Assembly: GCA_964481195.1 (NCBI GenBank)
Contig: CAYZTB010000002.1
Coordinates: 66,214-130,213 of the forward strand
Length of the DNA: 64,000 bases
Direction: 5' to 3'
DNA from: an uncultured Bacteroidia bacterium
GTDB taxonomy: Bacteria > Bacteroidota > Bacteroidia > Palsa-948
A program made the position numbers and the translations under genes. Below the pieces are notes generated by a model, which was given only the letters and a program-made list of their open reading frames with translations, searched no databases and was not told where the DNA came from. This document shows positions 1 through 10,026 of the stretch, piece by piece (the stretch's first letter is position 1; each line of letters starts with the position of its first letter).

Positions 1-839
1 GCGTAGTCAATAATTTTCATTACAGCAATCATATTAGGGTGGTACTCTTTTTTTCCATCAAGATTTACTGTAGCAGTAAACGTTCTGTTTAGCGGACTTA
101 TCACCTTTGCAGCGTATGAAATTTTTGTGCGAATCGTATCCATCATATCCGGAAAAATTATAATTACATCATTACCAGTTTTTACTTTAGCTAAATACGA
201 TTCACCCACTTCTCCTTTTACTTTCAAGCTCTTCATATTTACAACCCGAACTGCTGGTAGCCCAGGCATGGTAGATTGTCCAAGTTTAATGTCCACTGCA
301 TCTACTACGCCATTTATTGGAGAAATAATTTTCGACATGCGTAGCTGCTCTTGGAGCGAAGCAAGTTTATTCTCCAACGACTCCTTTTGATTTTTAGCCC
401 CTAAAAACTGTACTTCAGTGCCAATTTGTTGATCCCAAAGATTTTTTTGCTTTTCAAAAAGTGTGTTTGCCAGTTCCAATGCATTCTGTAGCTCAGCCAT
501 TCCTTGTTGTAAAACCTTCGAATCTAATTCCGCCAACACTTGTCCAGCTTTAACTTCATCCCCAAGTCGAACGTTCACTTTGGATACGCTACCCGGTATT
601 TCAGCATTTACCGAAACATTTTCATCGGCATCTACTTTTCCTTGCACTTCTACATAATTATTGAATAGCTGTGGTTGCATGGATATTATTTCAACAGTTC
701 TAACTTTTTTGTTTGTACTGGTCAAAGAATCCGCATTTGCAGCTTCCGTATTGGTAGTCTCGCCACTTCCGCAAGAACTAATTAGAGCCATTAAACTAAA
801 AAACCCCAGAGTCAAAATTTGATATTTAATTGTTTTCAT
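1..839 (-). CDS. Efflux RND transporter periplasmic adaptor subunit (HlyD/MFP family). The N-terminal ~280 aa are in the window; the C-terminus runs off the window start.
   Basis: Hand translation of the minus strand from ATG (rc of cat at 837–839) gives MKTIKYQILTLGFFSLMALISSCGSG… (lipoprotein-like signal). The reading frame stays open to position 1. It sits immediately downstream of a TolC-like gene and a TetR gene on the same strand. The ORF track omitted it because it is partial. Confidence 0.65.
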   Translation of the reverse strand, partial: MKTIKYQILTLGFFSLMALISSCGSGETTNTEAANADSLTSTNKKVRTVEIISMQPQLFNNYVEVQGKVDADENVSVNAEIPGSVSKVNVRLGDEVKAGQVLAELDSKVLQQGMAELQNALELANTLFEKQKNLWDQQIGTEVQFLGAKNQKESLENKLASLQEQLRMSKIISPINGVVDAVDIKLGQSTMPGLPAVRVVNMKSLKVKGEVGESYLAKVKTGNDVIIIFPDMMDTIRTKISYAAKVISPLNRTFTATVNLDGKKEYHPNMIAVMKIIDY

Positions 840-871
840 AAGAGTGATTTAACTTTATTCTTTGTATATAA

Positions 872-2257
872 TTATTTTATGTTCCCGTTTGCTTTGTCGT
901 AATCTATTTTTGCAATTAATGCATCGTATAAGGCGCTGACGTAATTAGTTTGCGCTTCTTTTAACCCTGTTTCTGCACTCATTACTTCTAAGCTAGATCC
1001 TACGCCTTGCTCGTATTTCAGTTTTGCAGATTTGTAAATATTTTCCGCTAGCTCAATGTTTTTCTTTTGGATTTCCAATGCCGAGGAGGAGTTTAATAAG
1101 TTGGCTTTGGTGCTTGCAACCTCTAAGTCTATACTTTGTTGGATCATCTTCAAATTGTTTTCCGATTTGAGCATATCCAGTTTGGCTTGTTGAATGCGAT
1201 GTTGATTTTGCAGTCCATCAAAAAGAGTTACGCCAATGCGTGCGCCAACCACCACCATGGGGTACCATCCTAATTTAGTATCGAAAATGTCAAACTTGCT
1301 TCTGAATGCATTTGCGTTTGCACTTCCATATAGTACCATGTTGGGTAGGTATCCCATTTTATATCGCTTGAGTTGAAGTTGGGAGATATTTTTTTGAGAT
1401 TGCATAAGAGAATATTCAACCCGTTTCCCATAATCAAATTTATCAGCACTTGCCTGCGGTGTTATTTTCACTTCGGTAATTTTATCTGTCAGAACAAGTG
1501 AAGCAGATTGGTCCATACCAATTTGGAATTTCAATAAACTATTTCCCAATTCCATTAAACGACTAATTTTTTCTTTTTCAACCAGCAAATTATTGTATGC
1601 AACTGTTACTCTGTCCAAATCAATTTTTTCTACAAAGCCGTTAGTGTTTAAGGATTTGGTATCGTCCATCAATTTTTTTAATCGAACAACATTGGCATCA
1701 ATCAGCTTCATGCGCTCATCGTTGAGCAAAACCGTATAATAGGCTTTGGAAACTGAAACAGATAAGTCAATTTTTGTTCGTTGCGTAGCTTTTCGAGTAA
1801 GCTCCAGATACGTTTTAGTAGCTTGTAGCCCAATCAAATATTCACTGCTGAATACTAACTGTGAAGCCTCCACTCCTGCCGTGGCATTATACTGCATACC
1901 AAACTGCACGGCCGTAAACGCATCTGGTGGTGCAAGTGGGTTAAAGGCTTGAGCAGGAATCACACTGGTTGGAATTTCCAAAAAATCTTTTACGTCAAAG
2001 CTGGCGGAGATTTGCGGAAGACCTATTCCTACTGTCTCTTTTACTTTTTGTCTTGCTATTTGCTCGTCAATACCTGCATTTACAAATTGTGCTTGATTTT
2101 TTACAGCAAAATCTATGGATTGCTGTAGCGAAAAGGAATATTTTCCTGTATCTCTTGGAGTTTGGCACAAACCCGCTGTTCCAATCATAGAAGCCATTGC
2201 AATGCAAATGGTAGTTAACCCTTTTGCCCTTTGCCTTTTTGCCTTTGCTTTATTCAT
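872..2257 (-). CDS. TolC-family outer membrane efflux protein.
   Basis: 461 aa with an N-terminal signal peptide. The two-repeat coiled-coil/beta-barrel composition is typical of OEP/TolC. Operon context places it between a TetR regulator and an MFP adaptor. Confidence 0.7.
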   Translation of the reverse strand: MNKAKAKRQRAKGLTTICIAMASMIGTAGLCQTPRDTGKYSFSLQQSIDFAVKNQAQFVNAGIDEQIARQKVKETVGIGLPQISASFDVKDFLEIPTSVIPAQAFNPLAPPDAFTAVQFGMQYNATAGVEASQLVFSSEYLIGLQATKTYLELTRKATQRTKIDLSVSVSKAYYTVLLNDERMKLIDANVVRLKKLMDDTKSLNTNGFVEKIDLDRVTVAYNNLLVEKEKISRLMELGNSLLKFQIGMDQSASLVLTDKITEVKITPQASADKFDYGKRVEYSLMQSQKNISQLQLKRYKMGYLPNMVLYGSANANAFRSKFDIFDTKLGWYPMVVVGARIGVTLFDGLQNQHRIQQAKLDMLKSENNLKMIQQSIDLEVASTKANLLNSSSALEIQKKNIELAENIYKSAKLKYEQGVGSSLEVMSAETGLKEAQTNYVSALYDALIAKIDYDKANGNIK

Positions 2258-2258
2258 A

Positions 2259-2873
2259 TTATTCTTCTTCGGTTATTTGTTTGTACTTGTTTATTAATTT
2301 ATGACCCTTTAAAGAGCAAACGCCATACAGGAAATGCTCTAATATGGATAATTGAACTTCCAGCATTTTAAATTTATCCAATGGAAATACGGCAGGGTTA
2401 AACCCAATTTCTATTTCTTCCATGCGAAGACGAGCCAATATCTTCACATTTATTTCTGGTCGAATCAACCCTTGTTTAATGCCGCGCACCAAAACGTCTT
2501 CCACCATTTTTAAAATAAACTGTACTTTAAAGTCAATAAAAATATCCCAGGCTTTTGGGTGATATTTCTGTATGTCGTAGAAAAAGTTTGGGTTCACTTC
2601 GCCAACCAATTTTCCTACATGTTTCATAAGCTTAATGGTTTCTTCCACCACATTATCAGATTCTTCTTCCAGTTCCTTGAATTTTTTTTGATCTTCTTTT
2701 ATTTTTATTTTCATTAACTCAATTACGAGCTCATCTTTTTCATTATAAAATTTATAAATTGTTTTTTTGGAAATTGAAAGATGTTTGGCAATGTCATCCA
2801 TCGAAACACTGCGAATGCCGTATTTATAATATAACTCTTGAGCTGCTAATAATATTCTTTCTTTAGTATCCAT
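2259..2873 (-). CDS. TetR/AcrR family transcriptional regulator.
   Basis: N-terminal HTH MDTKERILLAAQELYYKYGIRSVSMDDIAKHLSISKKTIYKFY is the canonical TetR_N. It is the first gene of the efflux operon. Confidence 0.85.
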   Translation of the reverse strand: MDTKERILLAAQELYYKYGIRSVSMDDIAKHLSISKKTIYKFYNEKDELVIELMKIKIKEDQKKFKELEEESDNVVEETIKLMKHVGKLVGEVNPNFFYDIQKYHPKAWDIFIDFKVQFILKMVEDVLVRGIKQGLIRPEINVKILARLRMEEIEIGFNPAVFPLDKFKMLEVQLSILEHFLYGVCSLKGHKLINKYKQITEEE

Positions 2874-3017
2874 TGCAATAATATCTCGGCAAAACTAAGG
2901 AAACTTTTAACATTCCTATAGTTTCCTTAAGCTTTTTTCTGCCTTTAAATCAATTAGATAGCACTTAGGTATTTGAGTCAAAAAGATTATTTTTGTGTGG
3001 ATTATACTTTATTATAT

Positions 3018-4400
3018 ATGAAACAAATGAAAATCGCAGATTTACTTAAATCCACAGATTATAATAAAGAAGTTACCGTAAATGGCTGGGTCCGTTCCCG
3101 AAGAGGGGCGAAAAGCGTAGCTTTTATCGCATTAAATGATGGCAGCACCATCCACACCATTCAGGTTGTAGCGGAAATTGCAAAATTTGGAGAAGAAGTA
3201 TTAAAAGAAATTACAACGGGAGCATGTATTTCCGTAAAAGGTATACTAGTTCAATCTCAAGGAAAAGGACAAGCAGTAGAAATTCAAGCCGAGCAAGTTT
3301 CCATATTGGGTGCAGCAGATTCAGAAACATATCCCCTACAAAAAAAGGGACATACGCTGGAATTTCTAAGAGAGATTGCACATTTACGCCCGCGCACCAA
3401 TACATTTGGAGCTATACTCCGTTTGCGTCATCATATTTCGTTTGCTATTCATAAATATTTTAATGACAATGGATTTTTTTATTTACACACTCCAATTGTT
3501 ACTGGGTCGGATGCAGAAGGAGCAGGAGAGATGTTTCGTGTTACAACACTTGACTTAAATAAACTTCCTCAAAAAGATGGGAAAATAGATTTTGAAAAAG
3601 ATTTTTTTGGTAAGGAGACTAACCTAACAGTTTCCGGACAATTAGAGGGGGAACTTGGAGCGATGGGTGTTGGACAGGTATATACGTTTGGCCCAACCTT
3701 TAGAGCCGAGAATTCAAACACCCCACGTCATCTTGCTGAATTTTGGATGATAGAACCTGAAATGGCTTTTTGTGAGATTGAAGGCAACATGGATACGGCA
3801 GAGAACTTACTTAAATATGTTATTGCTTACGTTCTTGAAAGTAGTGCCGATGACCTGGCTTTCTTAAATGAACATTACGATAAAGAATTACTTAACAGAT
3901 TGAATACAGTAAAGAATTCCACCTTTAAAAGGATAACCTATACAGAAGGAATTGAAATACTAGAAAAGTCAGAAAATAAATTTGAATTCCCTGTTTCCTG
4001 GGGAATAGATATGCAACGCGAACACGAAAACTTTTTAGTAGAACACTTTATGGTGCCTGTAATCGTTACTAATTATCCAAAGGATATTAAGGCGTTTTAC
4101 ATGAAGCAAAATGAAGATGGCAAAACAGTACGCGGCATGGATGTTCTCTTTCCGTATGTAGGCGAAATTATTGGCGGCTCTCAAAGGGAAGAAGATCATG
4201 GAAAGCTTTTGCAGCGCATGAAAGAAATGAATATTCCTGAAAAAGAGCTTTGGTGGTACCTTGAAACTCGCAAATTTGGCACTTGTCCACACTCCGGCTT
4301 TGGCCTTGGTTTGGAACGATTAGTGCTATTCATTACTGGGATGACTAATGTTAGAGATGTTATTCCATTCCCAAGAACTCCTAAAAATGCAGAGTTTTAA
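3018..4400 (+). CDS. asnS: Asparagine--tRNA ligase.
   Basis: [40 protein letters not shown]… shows the OB-fold N-terminus and class II aaRS motifs (FRAE, GGSQRE, GLERL). The ORF-track start at 2973 is probably an upstream extension; the likely start is ATG 3018 or 3027. Confidence 0.9.
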   Translation: MKQMKIADLLKSTDYNKEVTVNGWVRSRRGAKSVAFIALNDGSTIHTIQVVAEIAKFGEEVLKEITTGACISVKGILVQSQGKGQAVEIQAEQVSILGAADSETYPLQKKGHTLEFLREIAHLRPRTNTFGAILRLRHHISFAIHKYFNDNGFFYLHTPIVTGSDAEGAGEMFRVTTLDLNKLPQKDGKIDFEKDFFGKETNLTVSGQLEGELGAMGVGQVYTFGPTFRAENSNTPRHLAEFWMIEPEMAFCEIEGNMDTAENLLKYVIAYVLESSADDLAFLNEHYDKELLNRLNTVKNSTFKRITYTEGIEILEKSENKFEFPVSWGIDMQREHENFLVEHFMVPVIVTNYPKDIKAFYMKQNEDGKTVRGMDVLFPYVGEIIGGSQREEDHGKLLQRMKEMNIPEKELWWYLETRKFGTCPHSGFGLGLERLVLFITGMTNVRDVIPFPRTPKNAEF

Positions 4401-4450
4401 GGTTGTGTTTTTTCAATTAGTTAATTCGTAATTATTCGTTATTCGTATAT

Positions 4451-5935
4451 ATGTTAAGGCAAACGTTCCAACAAAAGCTACTGCAGAAGTTATCTCCTGC
4501 ACAGATTCAGCTCATGAAGCTGCTGCAGTTGCCTATTACTTCGTTGGAGCAGCGCATTAAAGAGGAAATGGAAATTAACCCTGCTTTAGAGGATAATACG
4601 GAAGAGGATTTTGAAGAAAAAGAAGAGAACGAAACCAATGATGAGCAATTGGAAGAACGCGAGGAGAAATTAGAAGGAGCCGATAACGAAGACGCAGCAA
4701 AAGAAGAGTTTTCGCCTGAAGATTATTTTGATGATGATGATGACATTGCAAGTTATAAGCTACAGGTAAATAACAAAGGCAAAGACAATGACGACCGAGA
4801 TATGCCGATGGTATCTTCAGTAAGTTTTCAGGAAAATCTATCAGGTCAGCTTCAAAACCTTGAGCTTACAGACCATGAAAAAGTTTTGGCCGAATATATA
4901 TTAGGAAGCTTTGATGAAGATGGATACATCCGCAGAGAGCTTTCATCTATAGTAGATGATATAGCTTTTTCTCAAAACGTAACTACCACACAAGTGGAAA
5001 TAGAAAACGTATTAAAACTTATACAGGACGAATTTGACCCAGCAGGTATAGGCGCAAAAGATCTTCAGGAATGTTTACGACTTCAGTTGGATAGAAAAAA
5101 ATGGACAGAAGCCAGAGGATTAGCTCTTCAAATAGTGAACGATCAAATGGAGGAGTTTTCTAAAAAGCACTATAGTAAAATAGCCAAGCACTTTAATATG
5201 TCCGAAGAGCAGCTCAAGCCTGCCATTGATGAAATTCTAAAATTAAATCCTCGTCCGGGGGGGTCAACAAAAGACAATCAACGTTCCATGTTGGTTATTA
5301 CGCCTGATTTTATTATTAATAACAACAGTGGTGTATTGGAATTATCCTTGAACTCGAGAAATGCCCCAGACCTACATGTAAGCAGAGTATACCAGCAAAT
5401 GCTTAATGAATACGCTCAACGAAAAGATAAAACAGGGCAGGAAGCAGTGCAGTTTGTTCGCCAGAAAATAGAAGGCGCTAAATCCTTTATTAATAACATA
5501 AAGGAAAGGCAGAATACACTCTACGGAATAATGCATAATATAATGGAATACCAAAAAGAATATTTCCTTACTGGAGACGAACTTTTATTAAAGCCAATGA
5601 TTCTAAAAGACATTTCCGACAGAGTAAAGCTGGATATATCTACTGTTTCTAGAGTAACAAGCACTAAATACGTACAAACAAATTTTGGAACTATACTTCT
5701 AAAGTCGCTTTTCAATGAGGCATTAACTAACGATGAAGGAGAAGATGTTTCCTCTAAAATGGTTAAGAAAATTATCTCCGATAGCATTGAAGCCGAGAAT
5801 AAGAAGAAACCGCTTACAGACGATGCACTTACCAAAATCCTAAACACCCAAGGTTATAATATTGCCCGCAGAACAGTAGCTAAATACAGAGAGATGCTCG
5901 ATATCCCTGTTGCTCGTATGAGGAAAAAGCTTTAA
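4451..5935 (+). CDS. rpoN: RNA polymerase sigma-54 factor.
   Basis: N-terminal region I Q/L-rich MLRQTFQQKLLQKLSPAQIQLMKLLQLP, an acidic linker, and the C-terminal RpoN box ARRTVAKYREMLDIPVARMRKK. Confidence 0.9.
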   Translation: MLRQTFQQKLLQKLSPAQIQLMKLLQLPITSLEQRIKEEMEINPALEDNTEEDFEEKEENETNDEQLEEREEKLEGADNEDAAKEEFSPEDYFDDDDDIASYKLQVNNKGKDNDDRDMPMVSSVSFQENLSGQLQNLELTDHEKVLAEYILGSFDEDGYIRRELSSIVDDIAFSQNVTTTQVEIENVLKLIQDEFDPAGIGAKDLQECLRLQLDRKKWTEARGLALQIVNDQMEEFSKKHYSKIAKHFNMSEEQLKPAIDEILKLNPRPGGSTKDNQRSMLVITPDFIINNNSGVLELSLNSRNAPDLHVSRVYQQMLNEYAQRKDKTGQEAVQFVRQKIEGAKSFINNIKERQNTLYGIMHNIMEYQKEYFLTGDELLLKPMILKDISDRVKLDISTVSRVTSTKYVQTNFGTILLKSLFNEALTNDEGEDVSSKMVKKIISDSIEAENKKKPLTDDALTKILNTQGYNIARRTVAKYREMLDIPVARMRKKL

Positions 5936-5996
5936 ATCTTTATTTGCATAGCGTTATTAGATTAATACCTTTATTATAAAATATAACACCCCATTT

Positions 5997-6434
5997 ATGA
6001 CAAAAAATATTACATATTCCTTGATGTTATTCTTGGCTATCAGTATTTTTACTTTTTCAGGTTGTAAAAAGAAAGATGATAAAAATAATAGCAGTTCTTA
6101 CACTAATGCAGATTATGCAGGGACTTGGACGGTTACCGATGGATGTTGTAGCGGGAGTTTTCAAATTACAATTACAGCTACTGGCAGCAATGGAGTAAGT
6201 ATCACTAATTATAGAAAATGCACAGCGGCTTCAGGCTGGAACCTTACTGGAACAGTTTCGGGGAATAAATTAACCATCCCTACCCAAAATGTTGTTAGCG
6301 GGACTCAAGGTGGACCTTATCAATTTTCAGGAACTGGCACTCTAAACAGCACAAGTTCGTTAACCATACCTTATGTTATGGCAGATGGGTCAGGTGGGTT
6401 TCCTCAAAACTGTACTGCTACTTGTACTAAATAA
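5997..6434 (+). CDS. Hypothetical lipoprotein.
   Basis: Signal peptide plus lipobox (…FTFSGC KKKDD). Cys/Thr/Gly-rich mature part with no recognisable catalytic motif. Confidence 0.45.
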   Translation: MTKNITYSLMLFLAISIFTFSGCKKKDDKNNSSSYTNADYAGTWTVTDGCCSGSFQITITATGSNGVSITNYRKCTAASGWNLTGTVSGNKLTIPTQNVVSGTQGGPYQFSGTGTLNSTSSLTIPYVMADGSGGFPQNCTATCTK

Positions 6435-6436
6435 AA

Positions 6437-7060
6437 TTGAGTTTGGAGAAGGGTACATTATTTGCAAAGACAGTTTCTTATTTATTTCACCCATTGTTGT
6501 TGCCAACACTGGGTTTGTTTTTAATTTTTAATATAAACGAAGCAGGATTATGGATTCCTACTATGGAAATGCAAAGTTTCCTTTATTCCATTACTCTCCT
6601 AGCTACTTTATTTCTACCCTTAACTACGGTACTTGTATTAGTTAGATTGAACATAGTGAATTCGCTAGAAATGACTTCAAAGGAGGAAAGAAAAATTCCT
6701 TATCTCGCATCTGCAGCTTTTTATTTTTCCGAATCATACTTCTTGCTAAAAGTAGATGTACCAGTATTGGTGCAGGCCATGATGCTAGGAGCCACATTGC
6801 TAATTCTCATTACTTTAATAATTAATCTCTACTGGTTAGTTAGCGCCCACATGGTTGGTATTGGCGGGTTGTGTGGGATGATGGTAGCAATATCTGCTCG
6901 ATTACAAATAAATATTCATCCTGTACTTATTGTATTATTTATCATAGCCGGATTAGTAGCTTTTTCGCGCTTAAGGCTTGGAGCGCATTCGCCAGCTCAA
7001 GTGTATGCAGGTTTCTTGCTAGGAGCCACAGTCCAATCTATTTTTCTTTTGACGCTTTAA
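6437..7060 (+). CDS. PAP2-like (phosphatidic acid phosphatase type 2 superfamily) integral membrane protein.
   Basis: Multi-pass membrane protein with a C-terminal SRLRLGAHSPAQV resembling the PAP2 SRx5Hx3(D/Q) motif. Confidence 0.4.
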   Translation: MSLEKGTLFAKTVSYLFHPLLLPTLGLFLIFNINEAGLWIPTMEMQSFLYSITLLATLFLPLTTVLVLVRLNIVNSLEMTSKEERKIPYLASAAFYFSESYFLLKVDVPVLVQAMMLGATLLILITLIINLYWLVSAHMVGIGGLCGMMVAISARLQINIHPVLIVLFIIAGLVAFSRLRLGAHSPAQVYAGFLLGATVQSIFLLTL

Positions 7061-7159
7061 CCTAGCTTGATATCCAGGTTGTTTCTCCTATGAAATTTCT
7101 CTTCATTTATTTTCATCCAATGAATTTTATATTGATATTTGCCAGCATAAAAAATAGGA

Positions 7160-7849
7160 ATGTTATCCATGACTCAAAGTAAGACAACAAATTCTGAATT
7201 TATAATTCAGCAAGCAAACTCTTCGCATTTTCAATATGCAGATGAGATTTGTGTTATGTATTCAGAAAGTGCAAAGCAAAGAGGAACAGGTATTGCAACT
7301 CGCACCCCCGAATATGTTGTTGAAAAAATGCGCGAAGGAAAAGCAATCATTGCGCTTCATCGCGATGGACGCTTTGGAGGATTTAGTTACATCGAAACTT
7401 GGTCGCATGGAAATTATGTTGCAAACTCAGGACTAATCATTAATCCGGAATTCAGAAAAAATGGATTGGGTGCAAAAGTAAAAGGTGCCATTTTTGAATT
7501 GTCTAGGAAAAAATATCCCTTGGCTAAAATTTTTGGTATCACTACCAGCATGGCGGTTTTAAAAATGAACTCTGACTTAGGGTATCGTCCAGTTACATTT
7601 TCAGAGCTATCGCAGGACGATGATTTTTGGAAGGGTTGTAACAGCTGTCCAAATGTAGATATACTTACTCGCAACAGTCGCAAGATGTGTTTATGTACCG
7701 GCATGCTCTACGATCCTAAACAAAATCATCAAAAGAAATTTGACATCAGGAAACAAATAGGAAGAGTAGAACGATGGATCAGATTAAAGAACTATAAGCT
7801 TTTTAAAAAATTTAGAGGAGATGGTTCAGGAAATGCTTCTTCAAAATAG
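7160..7849 (+). CDS. GNAT-family N-acyltransferase associated with the arg cluster (putative N-acyl-glutamate synthase).
   Basis: ~229 aa. It is the first gene of the arginine cluster, directly upstream of argG. It carries a GNAT-like acyl-CoA binding region (RKNGLGAKVKGAIFE). Confidence 0.55.
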   Translation: MLSMTQSKTTNSEFIIQQANSSHFQYADEICVMYSESAKQRGTGIATRTPEYVVEKMREGKAIIALHRDGRFGGFSYIETWSHGNYVANSGLIINPEFRKNGLGAKVKGAIFELSRKKYPLAKIFGITTSMAVLKMNSDLGYRPVTFSELSQDDDFWKGCNSCPNVDILTRNSRKMCLCTGMLYDPKQNHQKKFDIRKQIGRVERWIRLKNYKLFKKFRGDGSGNASSK

Positions 7850-7859
7850 ATAAAGTAAA

Positions 7860-9050
7860 ATGAAAAAGAAAGTATTACTTGCATTCAGCGGTGGATTAGA
7901 TACAACGTACTGTGCTATTTATTTGGCAAAAGAAAAAGGACTTGAGGTTCACAGCGCCATTGTTAATACAGGAGGTTTTACCCCAACAGAATTAAAAAAG
8001 ATTGAGAGCCACGCCTATGCACTTGGCGTAAAAAAGCATTATACACTGGATGAGACTTCCTCTTATTACAAAGAGTGTGTTCGGTTTTTAATTTACGGCA
8101 ATGTATTACGTGGGGGAGTTTATCCATTATCGGTTAGCGCTGAACGTGTATTTCAATCTAAAGCCATAGCGCATCAAGCAAAAAAAATTAATGCTGAGTA
8201 CATAGCGCATGGAAGCACGGGAGCGGGAAATGACCAAGTTCGCTTTGATGTGATTTTTAATATCCTTATTCCCAAAATTAAAATACTTACTCCTATTCGT
8301 GAAATGAAACTCTCTCGCGAAGATGAAATCTCTTACCTGAAGGCTCATGGAGTAAAAATGAATTTTGAAAAGGCACAATATTCCATCAACAAAGGATTGT
8401 GGGGCACCAGCGTAGGCGGCAAAGAAACGTTAACTTCTGATTTAGCATTGCCTGAGTCAGCTTACCCAACGCAGCTCAGTAAGAAAAAGGAAGAAAATAT
8501 AGAGCTTGGATTTGTAAAAGGCGAACTAATTTCTGTGAATGGGAAAAAATTCTCTAGCTCAGTTTTAGCAATTCAGAAAGTGCAGGAGCTAGCAGCTCCT
8601 TTCGCTATTGGCAGAGATATTCATATTGGCGATACGATCATAGGAATAAAAGGTCGTGTTGGTTTTGAAGCTGCCGCACCTGTTGTTATTTTAAAAGCAC
8701 ATGCCACTCTTGAGAAACACGTTTTAACCAAATGGCAGGCTTCTTGGAAAGAGCAGTTGGGCAACTGGTATGGAATGATGTTGCACGAAGGACAGTTCTT
8801 TGAGCCTGTTATGCGAAATGTAGAAACATTTATGGAGGCCACTCAAAAAAATGTTACCGGTAGCGTAAAAATTTCTTTAGCTCCTTATCGATTTAGCATT
8901 ATTGGAATAACATCCAAGCATGATTTAATGTCTTCCAAGTTTGGGAAATACGGAGAGATGAACAACGCTTGGAGTGGGGATGATGTAAAAGGCTTTTCGA
9001 AAATTATTTCTAATCAAACTATGATTTACCACCGAGTTAATGAAGAGTAA
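7860..9050 (+). CDS. argG: Argininosuccinate synthase.
   Basis: N-terminal PP-loop AFSGGLDTTYC. Length 396 aa. Confidence 0.9.
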   Translation: MKKKVLLAFSGGLDTTYCAIYLAKEKGLEVHSAIVNTGGFTPTELKKIESHAYALGVKKHYTLDETSSYYKECVRFLIYGNVLRGGVYPLSVSAERVFQSKAIAHQAKKINAEYIAHGSTGAGNDQVRFDVIFNILIPKIKILTPIREMKLSREDEISYLKAHGVKMNFEKAQYSINKGLWGTSVGGKETLTSDLALPESAYPTQLSKKKEENIELGFVKGELISVNGKKFSSSVLAIQKVQELAAPFAIGRDIHIGDTIIGIKGRVGFEAAAPVVILKAHATLEKHVLTKWQASWKEQLGNWYGMMLHEGQFFEPVMRNVETFMEATQKNVTGSVKISLAPYRFSIIGITSKHDLMSSKFGKYGEMNNAWSGDDVKGFSKIISNQTMIYHRVNEE

Positions 9051-10026
9051 AATAAAAATTGGAATTGCAGGAGGTGCTGGCTACACAGGTGGTGAGCTTG
9101 TTAGAATTCTATTGAATCATCCGGAAGCTGAAATTGTATTTGTGCATAGCAAAAGCAATGCAGGAAATCCATTAAGCGATGTTCATACTGATTTGCTGGG
9201 AGAGACAGAAATGAAATTTTCATCCACCTTTTCTGATGCTATCGATGTGTTGTTTTTATGCATGGGTCATGGGGAGTCTAAAAAATTCTTAGCAGAAAAC
9301 GATATTTCGGAAAAAACAAAGATGATTGATCTTAGTCAAGATTTTCGATTAGACAGTAAGCAGTCGGCAATAGGCAGGAAGTTCATTTACGGATTGCCGG
9401 AACTTAACCGCAATGCAATAAAAAATGCAAGCAACATTGCCAACCCGGGATGTTTTGCTTCTGCCATTCAGTTTGCATTACTTCCATTGGCTGAAAAAAA
9501 ACTATTAAACGATGAGGTACATGTGAGTGCAGTAACCGGCTCCTCCGGAGCAGGGCAAGCATTATCTGCAACTGGGCATTTCACTTGGAGGAACAACAAT
9601 ATTTCTATCTATAAAGCATTTCAGCACCAGCATCTAGCAGAAATCACTCAAAGCGTTACGCAATTACAAAATAACTTCGCTTCAGAAATAAATTTTATTC
9701 CTTACAGAGGAAATTTTACCAGAGGCATTTTGGCAGCGGTATACGTTAAATCTGAATTATCGCTAGAGGAGGCAAAGCAATTATTTAAGAACTACTACAA
9801 ATCTCATCCTTTTGTTACTGTATCTGAAAAAAATCCTGATATCAAGCAAGTTGTGAATACCAACAAATGTATATTGAGTATTGAAAAACATGGAAACAAA
9901 TTGCTAATTCAAAGTGTTATTGATAATCTTACTAAAGGTGCTTCCGGGCAAGCAGTTCAAAATATGAATTTACTTTTTGGCTTGGATGAAACTACTGGGC
10001 TAAAACTTAAACCATCAGCTTTTTAA
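9040..10026 (+). CDS. argC: N-acetyl-gamma-glutamyl-phosphate reductase.
   Basis: IGIAGGAGYTGGELVRILLNHPEAEIV Rossmann N-terminus and NPGCF active-site Cys region. Confidence 0.9.
   Translation: MKSKIKIGIAGGAGYTGGELVRILLNHPEAEIVFVHSKSNAGNPLSDVHTDLLGETEMKFSSTFSDAIDVLFLCMGHGESKKFLAENDISEKTKMIDLSQDFRLDSKQSAIGRKFIYGLPELNRNAIKNASNIANPGCFASAIQFALLPLAEKKLLNDEVHVSAVTGSSGAGQALSATGHFTWRNNNISIYKAFQHQHLAEITQSVTQLQNNFASEINFIPYRGNFTRGILAAVYVKSELSLEEAKQLFKNYYKSHPFVTVSEKNPDIKQVVNTNKCILSIEKHGNKLLIQSVIDNLTKGASGQAVQNMNLLFGLDETTGLKLKPSAF

Noticed and set aside
127-657. Plus-strand ORFs 127–390 and 463–657.
   Set aside because: They lie antisense inside the continuous minus-strand MFP adaptor reading frame and have low-complexity composition. 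They are shadow ORFs.
1746-2297. Plus-strand ORFs inside the TolC gene.
   Set aside because: They are antisense to a well-supported 461-aa OMP gene.
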